Positions 1-11,302 of a DNA stretch of 20,000 bases are shown here, in pieces. Position 1 is the stretch's first letter; each line of letters starts with the position of its first letter. The notes under the pieces are model-generated. The model was not told the origin of the DNA. It worked only from the letters and a program-made list of their open reading frames with translations, and did not search any database. The stretch is from Catajapyx aquilonaris. Taxonomy: Eukaryota. The translations under genes and the position numbers were made by a program. The DNA is taken from assembly GCA_000934665.2 (NCBI GenBank), contig KZ538076.1, positions 111,968 through 131,967 on the forward strand. The letters run 5' to 3'.

Positions 1-177
1 ATGCTCAAGTATTCCTGGTATGAGTAGGAAGGTGTCATTGCTAGATCCAGAACAATGGGCTACAAGACAATCCAGAATTCCATTCACCATCCACATAATG
101 AGAACATGATCATCAAAATTACTTGGGGCTCCACCACAAATGTGTGTGTAAAAGGGCAAGGTGTCATACAGTAGGTA

Positions 178-1085
178 CTGTAAGGGGGGGTGACTTAGTG
201 ACAAATCAGTTTTTCAATTCTCGCGCCACTATCATTTACGCTTTTTGACTGAAACCAGCGGCAGTCGATGGCTCCGAATGTGGTGCCACCTACCAGACAG
301 CTGGGAAAGCTCCCACACCTCGTGCATTGTTGGCAGTCATATTCCAAGTTTGCACACTGCAAGAATTGTTGGCTCTACCTTTGACTACTTTCCATAATAG
401 TGACTCGCGTAGTTGCAAAGAGAGTAACACATGTAACCTATTTTTAAGACTAATACATTAGCTACGAAATTATACAATATGATGCACGATTGAACTTCTT
501 TCGAAGAAGATACGAGGGTGTTAGATGAATGTCGTACTATTGCAGGGTGACTTTGTGACACCATAAACTTGTCACAAAGTCAGTCCACAGGTATTATTTA
601 AAGCTTTGACCTATGTCCCGGTCATTTAGGGTATCGTACCACTCGAAATTATACACATCCAAATGAAAATCCAAAGAAATCAGCCACCGAGGACTTTACA
701 AAGTTAAGGACTTGAATGAAAAGATATAATATTACATTATACATGATAAATTTTTAAAAATAATAAATCATTGTAAAGACGACAATATGTCTCAAGTAAA
801 GAGTTTGTGGGGCTCCTTTGCTATATTTTCTGTTTCTCATGTTTAATCTTAAGGAAATGACCACTGTCACAAAGTCACCCCACATAGCCAGGTGACTGTG
901 TGACAAATGTAAATGTGAATATTTTTGTAACGGATCAAGTTATCGATACGATCCTCACATGGATATGTAGAGGAAGGATGAGGGTACAAACCTCCATAAG
1001 ACACATACTGGAAAAACATTAACCTGTTTCTGTTGATACAGAAAAAAAACCCTCAAAAACGTCACAAAGTCACCCAAACTTGCGG
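178..1085. mobile_element. Non-autonomous TA-target DNA transposon (Tc1/mariner superfamily, pogo/Fot1-like), 908 bp
   Basis: 25-bp imperfect TIRs: ctgtaagggggggtgacttagtgac (178-202) vs the reverse complement of 1061-1085, 19/25 identical. TA lies on both sides (176-177, 1086-1087). Internal copies of the GGTGACTTTGTGACA motif occur at 545-560, 570-582(rc), 865-881(rc) and 891-905. No transposase ORF. Confidence 0.8.
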
Positions 1086-2743
1086 TACCAATTGAAATGT
1101 CCATATCTATTAGCAACCTTTTGGCACTAACTGCTTATTTGTAAGGAGTAACTTTATAGCAACTATTTTGGGAAGTTATCTATGTTGAAACATTGATCCT
1201 AATGCATAAGGGTCTACTGTGAATATTGGGTTCAACCATTTTACTCAGATACCAGGAAGTTTAAAATTTCATTCTCAATATATTATGCTTGGAAATTCAT
1301 TTCAAATCATTACTTGAAGGGCTACTTCCATTTAACCTAATCATAGCAGTTCATACTTTTTATGAAAAGTAACTGCCAAATAATAAGTGGCTTAGTGCCT
1401 AACCACTATGGACACTCCCAGTGGATCATGCTACATATTACTATTCTTCCATGGACTTTGCTCACTGGCCACTCTCACACACCTAGGAGTTGAGTCCTGC
1501 TCCGGGATCTCCCCATGGAAATGGGCCCACCCCTAAATCTGAAGTCCTTTCAACTAGGGTGGATGTAGGAATAAGGAATAGGCATATACCTGTACAACGA
1601 GGGAAAAGTCAGCCAGAGTCCCCCAAATTTGTCTCCAGACTAGTTTTAGTAGCTGAGCTCATGGGGCCTCCAACCCGGTAAGCGACGGCCATCAATAGAA
1701 AACTTTCTCAAGCGACTCTCTGGCCATTGAAATGCACAAGTTTTTGGGAGTTAAGTACTATCAAGACCTAGGACTTGTAGTAGTTTCAAGCGAGGTCCAT
1801 GAAAACGTAGTATATGACAATCAAGAACTGAAGGTCAGAGAGGGTGGGATTGGTTTGTACTTCATCACAGGATAGCATCATAACATACTATATGTCTGTT
1901 TCTACTCTTACAAGAAGAGACAAAAATACAGGGTGTGCCAAGACATGACACTGAAGCACTGAAACCTACTGCTTGGTGTAGTTACTGCTGGTTATCATAC
2001 CAAAAAAAAAAAAAAAAAGTTCTGGAAACAAGCATGTAATAGTTCCATATGGTTCTTTTCATTTTCTTGTTCATCAAAAAACCTAGTTCTATTGAGAAGC
2101 AAGTGAAGCATTATTTTAAAGCTTTTTTTGCAAGAAGGCAAGCACTGTCTTTCAGGTATAGAAACAGATTTGATACCTAATGATATGCATTTTCCCTAAA
2201 ACTTGATGCCTGCACATCTGACTGCTCCAGCTTGCCTAACAAGCTGTTTAACAGTTGTGAGCTAACACCACCAAGGTCAATTTTTGAACATTTTTGAACA
2301 TACATTTTAAACCTCCTTAAACCATGAATCATGGTCAGAGTGGCAGATTGACTTTGCACAATGATGATGTAAAAATTTGCTCGTACCTTCTCTGGGTTAG
2401 GAATTTCTGCCTAATTCTCCACCTCCCTACTGGCCAATCACTTAAGATAAGAAATCTTGCAGTTACTGTTACTGAACCATTAGTATGTTAACATATCAGG
2501 AAAAGCACATGTATAGTAATTAAATGCCTTTGTTTAGCTCTACTCTTGAAGAGTTACAAATAAGGACTGTAGCAGGTGCATGTACAAAGACCCTAAAAGA
2601 TCTACATTTGCTCCAACAACTTCTCCTTATATGGCCTGGCATGAAGTCTCTCCAATGAAATATGCACATGAGTATGTCCAAATATTCGCCCCAATGTGTC
2701 TATTTGCACTGGCAATTTCACAAAATTCTCAAGCCAGAACTAA

Positions 2744-3417
2744 CAAGGGAACGGTCAGGGTCGAGTACCTCCGATTTGGTTGAAACTGGCTTGAGGGGTC
2801 ATTCATGTGCGATAGACACAGTGGTGAAAGTGTTAGCTCGCACTATCCAGCCGTTTCCGAGATATGAGCGACAGTAACATCCGAATTTTGGCCACGCGCA
2901 TTTGCCGGGAGCCGCTCTGCCAGCTCCAAATCCCTTCTACCTTGATTCCCCCCACTTTTTTCGATCCCACACCACCATCCCCCACTCCCCCACCAACATT
3001 TTCGTTTTTCATAGTTTCTTTGCTCCGGTATTTATTATGAGACCATCAAGCTGCCTTCTTTCGCTTCTGTCAACTGCGAATAAAGAGCTTCTATACCTAA
3101 AATTGGGTAATGGGGAAAACTCATAATAAACACCGGAGCAAAAAAACTATGGAAAACGAAAATGTTGGTGGGGGAGTGGGGGATGGTGGTGTGGGATCGA
3201 AAAAAGTGGGGGGAATCAAGGTAGAAGGGATTTGGAGCTGGCAGAGCAGCTCCCGGCGAATGCGCGTGGCCAAAATTCGGATGTTACTGTCGCTCATATC
3301 TCGGAAACGGCTGGATAGTGCGAGCTAACACTTTCACCACTGTGTCTATCGCACATGAATGACCCCTCAAGCCAGTTTCAACCAAATCGGAGGTCCTCGA
3401 CCCTGACCGTTCCCTTG
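2744..3417. mobile_element. Fold-back MITE with 298-bp inverted arms and TAA TSD (PIF/Harbinger-like target)
   Basis: Arm 2744-3041 is the reverse complement of 3120-3417, with about 6 mismatches by eye and a 78-bp spacer. TAA flanks both ends (2741-2743, 3418-3420), reconstructing a quasi-palindromic empty site AC-TAA-GT. The superfamily is inferred from the TSD only. Confidence 0.9.
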
Positions 3418-3441
3418 TAAGTCCCATCAATGCACCATGTA

Positions 3442-4402
3442 AGGGAGACCAGGGTCAGTTGTAACACTTTTTAGTCTGGATTTTTTTAATTCAGTGACAT
3501 ATGCATTTAGGCAAAGGGCATGGTGGACATCAGGCAACATTCCTCTTTGTAAAATTAACATTACAAAATCTTATTAAAAATTTATTGTTTTATCAATATT
3601 TTTCCAAGGCAAGGAAGTGTTTGTAACAGAGGGTGGGGTTGATTGTAACACACTGTCTTAAATGGTAAATGTAATATGGAAGAACAGTTTACATCCACTC
3701 ATCTTCTCGACAATTGCCTTATAGCCTACTTGACACACACTAATTACTCTTATCTCTCGATACACTGGAATTTATTCAGCAGATTAGTATTGCAATAGAA
3801 TGGATTGTCGACAAACTGGTTATAAGAGGTTTTATTGCACAAAGTATCCCCCAAAACGAGCCAAAGGCTCGAACATGGGGTAAATTAAATAAATAAAAAT
3901 ATTGCACAAAGTAATTTCTATTTCTACTCTTAATCTCCTGTTAGATGTGTAGCGGTAACATCTGTACACAGACGTGACTTTTCCTTCATGATTTTACATG
4001 TTACAACCAACCCCAAGAAGTTGTTACAACCGTCCCTACTGTGTGTTGTCTTGCAGATATGCTCAGTACTTTTTTTACTACGTACATGTTTTGGTCATCC
4101 ACAATGTCAGTGTGACCCTACTAAAGAAACCTTTCTCATGATACCAAGGGCAATTCAATGACACCTCTACCCTCACACATAATCACTTGATTACTGCCAC
4201 TGAAAAATTTGGGAACACAGCTTGATTTTGGTTTTTTGCACATAGAAGAACAAATAACAAAAAAAGGAGAAGCCTAAGTTTTGCCTGGCTTAGAGGCCAT
4301 ACTGGCACATGTGCTGTGGGATTTTCAGCTTCTGGGCTGTCCAAACGTATTTATTATTGGCGATGTTACAACCGTACTGTTACAATCGGCCCCGGTCTCC
4401 CG
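3442..4402. mobile_element. Non-autonomous TA-target DNA transposon (pogo/Fot1-like), 961 bp
   Basis: 25-bp TIRs: agggagaccagggtcagttgtaaca (3442-3466) vs rc of 4378-4402, 20/25 identical. TA at 3440-3441 and 4403-4404. Internal TTGTAACA/TGTTACAACC motif copies at 3621-3628, 3635-3650, 3999-4014, 4022-4036 and 4364-4374. Confidence 0.8.
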
Positions 4403-4431
4403 TACCTGACATTCTCCAACATGACCTAGGG

Positions 4432-4692
4432 CAGTGGTTTCCAACCGTTTACCAACTGCGACCCCCTAAACATTGTTCCATAAATGTGCGACACCCCCCC
4501 CCCCCCACCTTCCTCCCCTCCCCCGGCCCTTTCTACAACTGTCCCCTTTCCAGAAAACATACACGCTGTACTGCTGCAAAAATTGTTCAATTTGCACAGA
4601 AATTGCTAAAAAACAAAAAAACAAAAAAAAAACAAAAAAAACAAAACAGCTGAACCAAGGCTCGCGACCCCCCCTCCGGTTGGAAACCACTG
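4432..4692. mobile_element. hAT (Charlie-like) MITE, 261 bp
   Basis: Perfect terminal inverted repeat cagtggtttccaacc / ggttggaaaccactg. 8-bp TSD acctaggg (4424-4431) vs acataggg (4693-4700), one mismatch, with central TA as in Charlie-type targets. Internal poly-C and A-rich tracts. Confidence 0.85.
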
Positions 4693-5454
4693 ACATAGGG
4701 TGAGGGCAGGGGTAATCTAAGCCCCCCTTCCCCCACAAAAAAGCACACAGAGTTCGAAGCAGAGTGCAAGATTTGACATTTCAAATTATGCATTCCTAAT
4801 TCTGCAGCATTGGTGGCAGTGTTCTGTTATGAGCAAGCAAAAATTATCTACAGCATATTGCAAGTAATACCAAAACATTTCCCCTATTAGCCTTCTTATC
4901 GTAAGAGCAGTATATTTTGAGGTCACCTAGAATTAACCTTTTAAGTATTATCTTAGCACTCTGGGTCACAATGCGCAACAACAAATGAGTGAGGCAAAAG
5001 CAGGCAGGCAGTTTGAATAGTCAATGGATATAGATGATCACATATGGGTCAGTTACACTTAGGCTATGCACGCCAATGTCAACAGAAAGAAATGGCATGA
5101 ATTAAGCTCAGGTTTAAAATATGGTACTCCTACTGTTGTAATCATTATGTAGCCAGCGGCTGGACTTTCTCAGGTTATTCACAAGCTGAACTTCCATGTA
5201 AATCATAATGGTGATAGCTCCCTCCCAAGTGAAGCCAAAAGAAATTAATTCTTCTCTATATTACTTCAGTATGTTTGAGTTGCTGGAAGTGCTCAAAAAA
5301 TTTACGAGCTATTTGACATTCTACTAGTTTCAATGAGACGACGTAAAAAGTAATTGACATGGTTGACCAACACAATGAGAATAAATTCCATGCTCACAAT
5401 TTGTACACATCTGGACAAAATTCTCAAGGGACTGCTATTTGTCCAGCCTTGTCG

Positions 5455-5613
5455 AGTCAGCTAAAGGATTACCTTTCCACAACAGGCCGAGAAATTAGCC
5501 TCCAACAGAGATGCTGCCTCCCCCTGATGCAATGACTCACACTCCCCTAGGTAGCACCTCTGTTGGAGGATAATTTCTCGCCCTGGTGTGGAAAGGTAAT
5601 CCTTAAGCCAACT
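5455..5613. mobile_element. Small hairpin MITE (about 65-bp arms)
   Basis: aaggattacctttccacaacaggccgagaaattagcctccaacagagatgctgcct pairs with aggtagcacctctgttggaggataatttctcgccctggtgtggaaaggtaatcctt. The right end finishes ...aactg|ta; the left terminus is degraded. Confidence 0.7.
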
Positions 5614-5627
5614 GTACTATGCATGTA

Positions 5628-5728
5628 CTATATCGCCCAAAAAGATAAGAGACGATTTTGCATTTGACTCAAGTGCAACTTGCACTTGAATCAAATGCCA
5701 ATCGTCTCTATCTTTTTGAGCGATATAG
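5628..5728. mobile_element. 101-bp palindromic MITE, TA TSD (Tc1/mariner-like)
   Basis: ctatatcgcccaaaaagataagagacgatt...tcaagtgcaa-c-ttgcacttga...aatcgtctctatctttttgagcgatatag folds back on itself with a 1-nt centre. TA at 5626-5627 and 5729-5730. Confidence 0.8.
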
Positions 5729-6236
5729 TACATATTGGACCATCACCATTCACAAAAAAAAAACATTGATTTCATATTTGGTAAAACCAGAAAATTCACG
5801 AATTTTTACATCCTCTAGGGACTAGCCCAGGTGAGCATACTTTATATTCTAGGAACTCATGGGATCATATTCAGAAACATGTTTCACGTTAGTCCCCATG
5901 AGTCTTGGTAACAATGTGGCAACATCACCAGTGCAAGTTGGAAAATATCAGCCCTAATGTGCCTAATGTGTTACCAGATTACTGTGTATGCTGCAGCATG
6001 CAGATAAAACAGGATTGACAAGGGGCAGATATGCCCTGGGGGAGCCAGCCAGCTGGTACTGAGTAGGTACATTTTGTGATTTCCTTCTTCCATTCAAAAA
6101 TAATGATCCTAAATAAATAAATAAGCAATATCCTGCTGGAATGGGTTTACTGCCTCAAACAACAATATCTTACAATTTTATGCAAGTTTGTGAATGATTT
6201 ACTTTTGCCTTCAGGATCCACCCAAATCACAATATT

Positions 6237-6300
6237 GGGGGAGGGGGGAGAGGGATTTGGAGGGAGAGGGAGACAGAGGGAGGGGGGGGGAGAGAGAGAG
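6237..6300 (+). repeat. Polypurine (G/GA-rich) low-complexity tract
   Basis: Runs of GGG(G) separated by A/AGA, ending in (GA)n. Confidence 0.6.
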
Positions 6301-6361
6301 AAATACATCTGTAGCATCCTTATTCATTCTCAGACTTTTTCAGACTGTTCCTTCCTACTTA

Positions 6362-7035
6362 CGGGGGCACAGTAGCAAATATACGGTAAATCAGAGGGCT
6401 CTGCAGCTATGGCTGCAGAACTGAGCCTACAGATTGTTCACAAAACAATAGAAGGCATTTGTTGCGCCCTATCCAACAATCCCCGTCACGTGGCCATGAC
6501 GCCTTCCCCCAATTCCCCTACATTCGAACCTTATAGACTAATGTCATAGCTTTCTCTCTCCCCCACAACAATCGGTGCCTCTGGCAACGACCCCAACAAA
6601 CTTGTTTATGTATGCAGAATAGGACGATTGGACATGTCTGTGCTTCTGCAGCTGTATGGCCTCAAAAATGGTTCCATTGAGACAGAAATTGCACCAAAAA
6701 ATAGTAAGACGATCTGGAGCAGGGAACCTACTTTGTATTTTTTCTGTTTTCGGCCTAGAAATGACCTTTACAGCTATTTGAAGTGATAGGAAAATGAATT
6801 TCTGAAAAGTCCACTAGAATAACATGGCAAATAAATCGCAACAAAATCGGACACGCGTCTGCGCCCGTATGTCCACAATTTTAATTCAATCGTGTCCAGT
6901 ATGATACCATTGTCAAGGTCAAACCTTTGCACAGGGCACCAACTTCGAGCTTTTCCAGATTAACGACTCTTTCGCCACAAAAAATTTAATTTCCTGCAAA
7001 ATATGTTCTGCTGTATTTTTACTACTGCGCTCCCA
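6362..7035. mobile_element. Aged non-autonomous TIR DNA transposon (family uncertain)
   Basis: 29-bp ends: cgggggcacagtagcaaatatacggtaaa (6362-6390) vs 7007-7035, 21/29 match, and 7 of the 8 mismatches are transitions. The TSD is not recoverable. Confidence 0.5.
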
Positions 7036-7985
7036 GAACTTATTTATTACAAGTAAAATCTAGACTAAGTCCTGCTTCGTACTTGCATGCTGCTATAGCA
7101 GATGCACATTTTCTGAACTCTGTCTGGTCATATCTGATTTTAAAAGCATGCTGCTTAATATGTAGTTAATATGGCATGAAACTTATAGTGTTAGGGCTAT
7201 AAAGCTGCAAAACAACAATGCTGGCAAAAGATGAAAATGGCAAGAACTACATTGTGATAAAATATAGTGCATGCTAGAAGTATTTGCAACACTGGTTGGC
7301 TTCAGAAGTGCTATTTGGCTTACTGAATGACATCACCAGTTACTCTCCCAGTCCATCTAAAACTAGTCGTCTCCTTGGTCTAATATCTCTAGGTCCACAC
7401 TAGTCCCCGACTAGTGGCATTTACGCCTGTTACACATTTCTGAATGAGTTTTTTTTACACTCGGCTCCCACCAGACTAAAAGTTACATGCCATTAGTCCA
7501 TGTTTCTGAATGTAACCAAGAGAACGCTGCTGTTATGAATAACAAAGAAAATCTCAAAAATTTCAAGTGACATACAACTTTCGTAACATTTTCTGGAATT
7601 GGCATGCCTCTCTATCCATCTCTCAAATGAAACCGCATTTCACTAAACTCTCCATACATTCACATATGCAGCAGGAACTCTCACAGGTCTTGACTTCTCA
7701 CAATGTCAAAGACAAATTCTTTCAGTAACATGCAGTGCTCACTATTACAGGACAGTTTCATGAGAGTATGGACAGGGAGTACAATTTAGCCAAGAATTAA
7801 AATTTTTGAACTGGCATTTGAATAAAACCAAACCGCCTTTAGTGACTCCCTCTCATAAGTTACGCTTCTTATGCTTCCCCACCCTAAGAAATTTTAAATT
7901 TCAGAAGGTGCACAAGCAACCTTCTTTCCTTTCACAAGTTGTGGGGGAAATAATAATATCTTACAATGGACATGCACTACGTCAT

Positions 7986-8015
7986 GGGGGGGGNGGTGGG
8001 GGGGGGGGGGGGGGG
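7986..8015 (+). repeat. Poly-G run containing an ambiguous base
   Basis: About 30 nt of almost pure G with an N at 7994; length probably unreliable in the assembly. Confidence 0.7.
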
Positions 8016-8760
8016 AAATATCACATTAGGTCACACCAATCAAGGGTATGATAAGGCCTGTATTCAAAACGGCAAAACAACCTAGTAAACGCAAGCCCAG
8101 ATTATTAATCTATATTATAGCCAAGACAAATTCATGGATCTGAGCTTGGTCCAAAAGGTATTTCTTCCTACACATCTGACAATCACAACTTAACCCAAAA
8201 TAATTCAGAGCCAAGCAGACTAACACACAAACTTTTCAAGCAGTGGCATGTAACAGTGTAATTACACCTTTGCTAATACGTTTTCCTTTCAAAATTCTTC
8301 AGATTTCTCTGAACATGCTGATATGGGTGCATTAATACTCGCACATTAACTCAGGATGCTGTCCAGAAAATTATTCAACTTTTCAAGTAGTGTTTTTAGT
8401 GGCAGTGTTTTCCAACCAAGTGCCTATGGTATGAACACTATAATAAGAAAAAATCAATTTCTTTGCATATATAGAATATTAGAAATCAATACAGCTATAT
8501 ACAAGGGGAACATAAAAGTCGCACTTCATAGAACAGACTACGGGTTAAAACCTTGTAAAATTAAGGGCCGGATGCAAGTTTCCTCTAAACCTGCGGTTAC
8601 CAGGCAGTAAATGATTAACAAAAACCTCATTGTATCAATGCGAGTTTGAGCAAACCTGCAATTAAATCTCGGGTGAACACTAACCTCCCGATTTTGGCGG
8701 GTGAAGCGGAAAACCCACGATTTTCTCGTTCGAACGTGGTGGTATTTCAACTACCTAGTC

Positions 8761-8810
8761 CAGAGGTTCCCAAACTGTGCTCCGCGAAGCTTCTCCAAGT
8801 GCTCCGTGAA
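8761..8810 (+). mobile_element. Left-end fragment of a hAT/Charlie-like element
   Basis: Starts cagaggttcccaaactgtgctccgcg, resembling the 4432 TIR class, and is preceded by acctagtc (Charlie-like target half). No matching right TIR found. Confidence 0.4.
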
Positions 8811-9056
8811 GATGTTGGGAAAAAAAGGAATTCTTCAATACGCTATACCCATTCAAATCTGTCAGTCGCTTGTGTGACCTTGAACCCAAAAAATTGTCAC
8901 CTACGGCACCCTTTCACCCCTCACCTTCCCATTTACTAATTTGGCGATGCCTATGGCCTCTATCTTCCCATTCCCTCTAGCTGTCCTTTTGTGAATTCCC
9001 CACCAGCACTTGGCCTTCACATTAAAGCAAAGAAAGTTTCGGCGTTTTACTTCTGA

Positions 9057-9328
9057 TCCCTACACTCTCAATCACTACTGCATATGCTGACAGACACCAA
9101 GATCACTAAATACTGTATATAATTCAATTAATAATTCAGGAACTACTTTCTTCCACGCACATAAACAACCCTTCATGATGTAAGCGGTTCGTTAGAGCAG
9201 CATCTTTACACTAGCAGCTATTATTATTACCATATATGAGCTGTTCATTGGGGATCCAAGTAACCATACAAATCCGACCTACAGCTGCTCTCAGGAACAC
9301 ATCTTGTTTGTAGGTTAGGGACTTCCTG
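9057..9328 (-). mobile_element. Older, truncated copy of the Tigger-like MITE found at 14201-14540, in inverted orientation
   Basis: 9250-9328 (gggatccaagtaaccatacaaatccgacctac...ttagggacttcctg|ta) aligns to rc of 14201-14278. Similarity continues through ataattcaggaactactttcttccacgcac and gctgacagacaccaagatcacta to about 9057. The second TIR is missing. Confidence 0.75.
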
Positions 9329-10779
9329 TACTACTGTATAAGGACTGACATGCAGAAGTAAAAGTGATTTCCCAGGTGGTCTTTTGTGACATGGAATACA
9401 GTGGCACAGCCAAGGTAGAAAGAGACTACTGATCTCCACTATACACTGGATTGTGTGTATCCAGTATTGTGCTGTGGGTGACCATATTATTGTCACACGT
9501 TCAAAATTAATGAACCTCGATGAAAGAGTCAAAAACTTAATGGCACAAAATTTGATTACAGGCAGCTGAAATACTATTCAGTCTGATGACAATAACGCCA
9601 CACTGACTGTGAGACAAAATCCTACCACACATTGGTCGGAGCATAATACCACCACCACAACCTGTATAGAATTTTGGCTCTCTACATTTCAATTTTGGCT
9701 CTATCACCCCTTCCCACTGATTCTGCACTTGACACTACATCATGCACTTAACAGTACCATGTTTGTAATGCTTAGTTAACTTGCCTCTACATCAAGCCAT
9801 AAAGAACAAACCAAGCTAAATATGTTTTGGCATTAAATAGACTTCCTTAAATTATTTTTTAGCTTAAAATTTCATTGAGGTCATAAAACCTCTACTTCCA
9901 AATTGTTACACAGAGAAACTTCAAGGTTTTTTTTTTTCTATTGACATTTGCATGACAGTCCTGCTGGATTTTGACTTCTGTCACACTGCTAATTTGTCTA
10001 TCAAGGTTACAACGGCTGCACTCCACATTGTACTCCTGTACCACAGATATGCATGCAAAAGCAACCGAATGAATGTGCAACATGCCAGCACGTTTTCTGA
10101 CATTTGTCAGAACTACAGTTTAGTTGACAACATGGGTTAGTCATAGCCAACAGAGCTTGTGCAAGCAGCACAGCCTGTGACAAGAGCAAAAAAATGTGGA
10201 ACTCCATACAACATTACTTGTTCTCACAACATTCTGTCAGATGTTAATGAAGTGACATGTGGTAACCCACACATGTACTGGCCATAAGAGGGTAAGGGTC
10301 AATGACCTGAGGGCACAACGTCTGTAAATAGCATTGACAAGCATCCACAATGCCAAATATCCTGAGAATGCACCATTCCACACCATAATCAGTAAGTTCC
10401 CATTTGTTGTTGCACAAAATTCCCAGAATTCACTCACAACACGTCTTCAAAAAAACAGTATTCCGCTATCACATGCCCATCGATAACACAACCTAACAAA
10501 ACACTGCCACTGGCTTGCAAACACTCGCACAAAACTAGCACATCAAGTTACGTTGGAATGCACTGCCACTTTTGCTCCCTGCACAAAGACGCTTTTCTGG
10601 ACAACCTCATAAACACACAACACCAGTACTCAAGCTTGCTGCACGCTGAGTGGCTCTGAACCAGCAACTGGATGGTGTGAACCACCGTGCCCTTTTCATG
10701 AACCCCCCCACACACGTCGGAGACAACATGCCCAACCATGCGATACCCCTGCAGTGCAACCCAGAAACTCTCCACTCAC

Positions 10780-10804
10780 CCTGTAGTTTCCTGGTGGCCG
10801 CCAT
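10780..10804 (-). CDS. CNOT3: First coding exon (25 nt) of CCR4-NOT complex subunit 3 (Not3); gene continues beyond the left edge of the window
   Basis: Minus strand reads aacata-ATG GCG GCC ACC AGG AAA CTA CAG G|GTGAGT = MAATRKLQ(G) followed by a consensus donor. This matches the recalled insect Not3 N-terminus MAATRKLQGEIDRCLKK (human MADKRKLQG), and as recalled the human gene also breaks after 25 coding nt. The next exon (EIDRCLKKV...) is not found in 1-10779. Confidence 0.85.
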
Positions 10805-10836
10805 TATGTTACCAACGCTGAACCTGACACGTGCAT
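10804..10836 (-). other. Candidate 10-codon uORF (MHVSGSALVT*) whose TAA overlaps the CNOT3 ATG
   Basis: ATG at 10836-10834 and TAA at 10806-10804, giving TAATG with the main start. Real only if this segment is in the mature 5' UTR. Confidence 0.4.
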
Positions 10837-11233
10837 AGTCTGTTTACAGCCTCAGCAACTCGAGTCCTCCAACTCTGCAGGTCCGTAACCGCCAGCTTTT
10901 GTCCTCCCTTCAAGATGGCGTCTGCTCACTTCGACCGGGACCCGTAACGCTTTCATCCACTTGAAACAAAGAACACAGATGAGCCGTATCGTCCTAAACC
11001 AGCAGGTAGCCTGGCCGTACCTGTAGGTCGCCTGTCTGCTGTGCCGTCCCGGGGTATGAAGCACTCTGCCGTGCCGCTTACTACTTGGAAAGGAGCAGCG
11101 TACCAAGCAAGGGACAGTCTCACAGGATGGAGCAGGGAGCAGGGTCCAGTTGTGGAGGCGGGGGAGAATAGGGGGAGGCGTACCAAACAGTACGACGCAG
11201 GCGCTACCTATCTGCACCTCCTCAGCAACTCAC

Positions 11234-11300
11234 CAGAACTGACAAAGCCCATATCCTGCCAAAATGGGGTGGATCTGCGCATATGACGTCAGCTGGCTGA
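11234..11300 (-). other. CNOT3: Putative non-coding first exon of CNOT3 (5' boundary approximate)
   Basis: Strong donor CTG|GTGAGT at 11233-11228 on the minus strand. Candidate acceptor tgtgttctttgtttcaag| ending at about 10960. The TSS cannot be located from sequence. Confidence 0.45.
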
Positions 11301-11302
11301 AA

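Noticed and set aside
1490..1740. GC-richer segment with a 63-aa ORF, possibly a retroelement fragment
   Set aside because: No TSD, TIR, tail or recognisable protein motif.
1928..1950. Lone mariner-like end tacagggtgtgccaaga
   Set aside because: No partner TIR nearby; too short to call.
2580..3328. ORF-track entries overlapping the first large palindrome
   Set aside because: They are mirror-image by-products of the inverted arms, with no protein motif or splice support.
4309..4793. Pro-, Lys- and Phe-rich ORFs
   Set aside because: They arise from poly-C and A-rich tracts inside the hAT MITE.
7294..7519. Possible old TIR element (tggttggcttcagaa ... ttctgaatgtaacca)
   Set aside because: The match is short and degenerate, with no TSD.
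10250..10490. Minus-strand echoes of a Harbinger transposase motif (RRVVE.AFGIL) and of CNOT3 exon 2 (GVE...DIW)
   Set aside because: Both need several frameshifts within a few codons and there is no suitable acceptor. This is best explained as chance matching in GT-rich intron sequence.
10850..11231. 12-bp direct repeat cctcagcaactc at 10850-10861 and 11220-11231
   Set aside because: A single 12-mer pair is plausible by chance, and the enclosed sequence has no element features.
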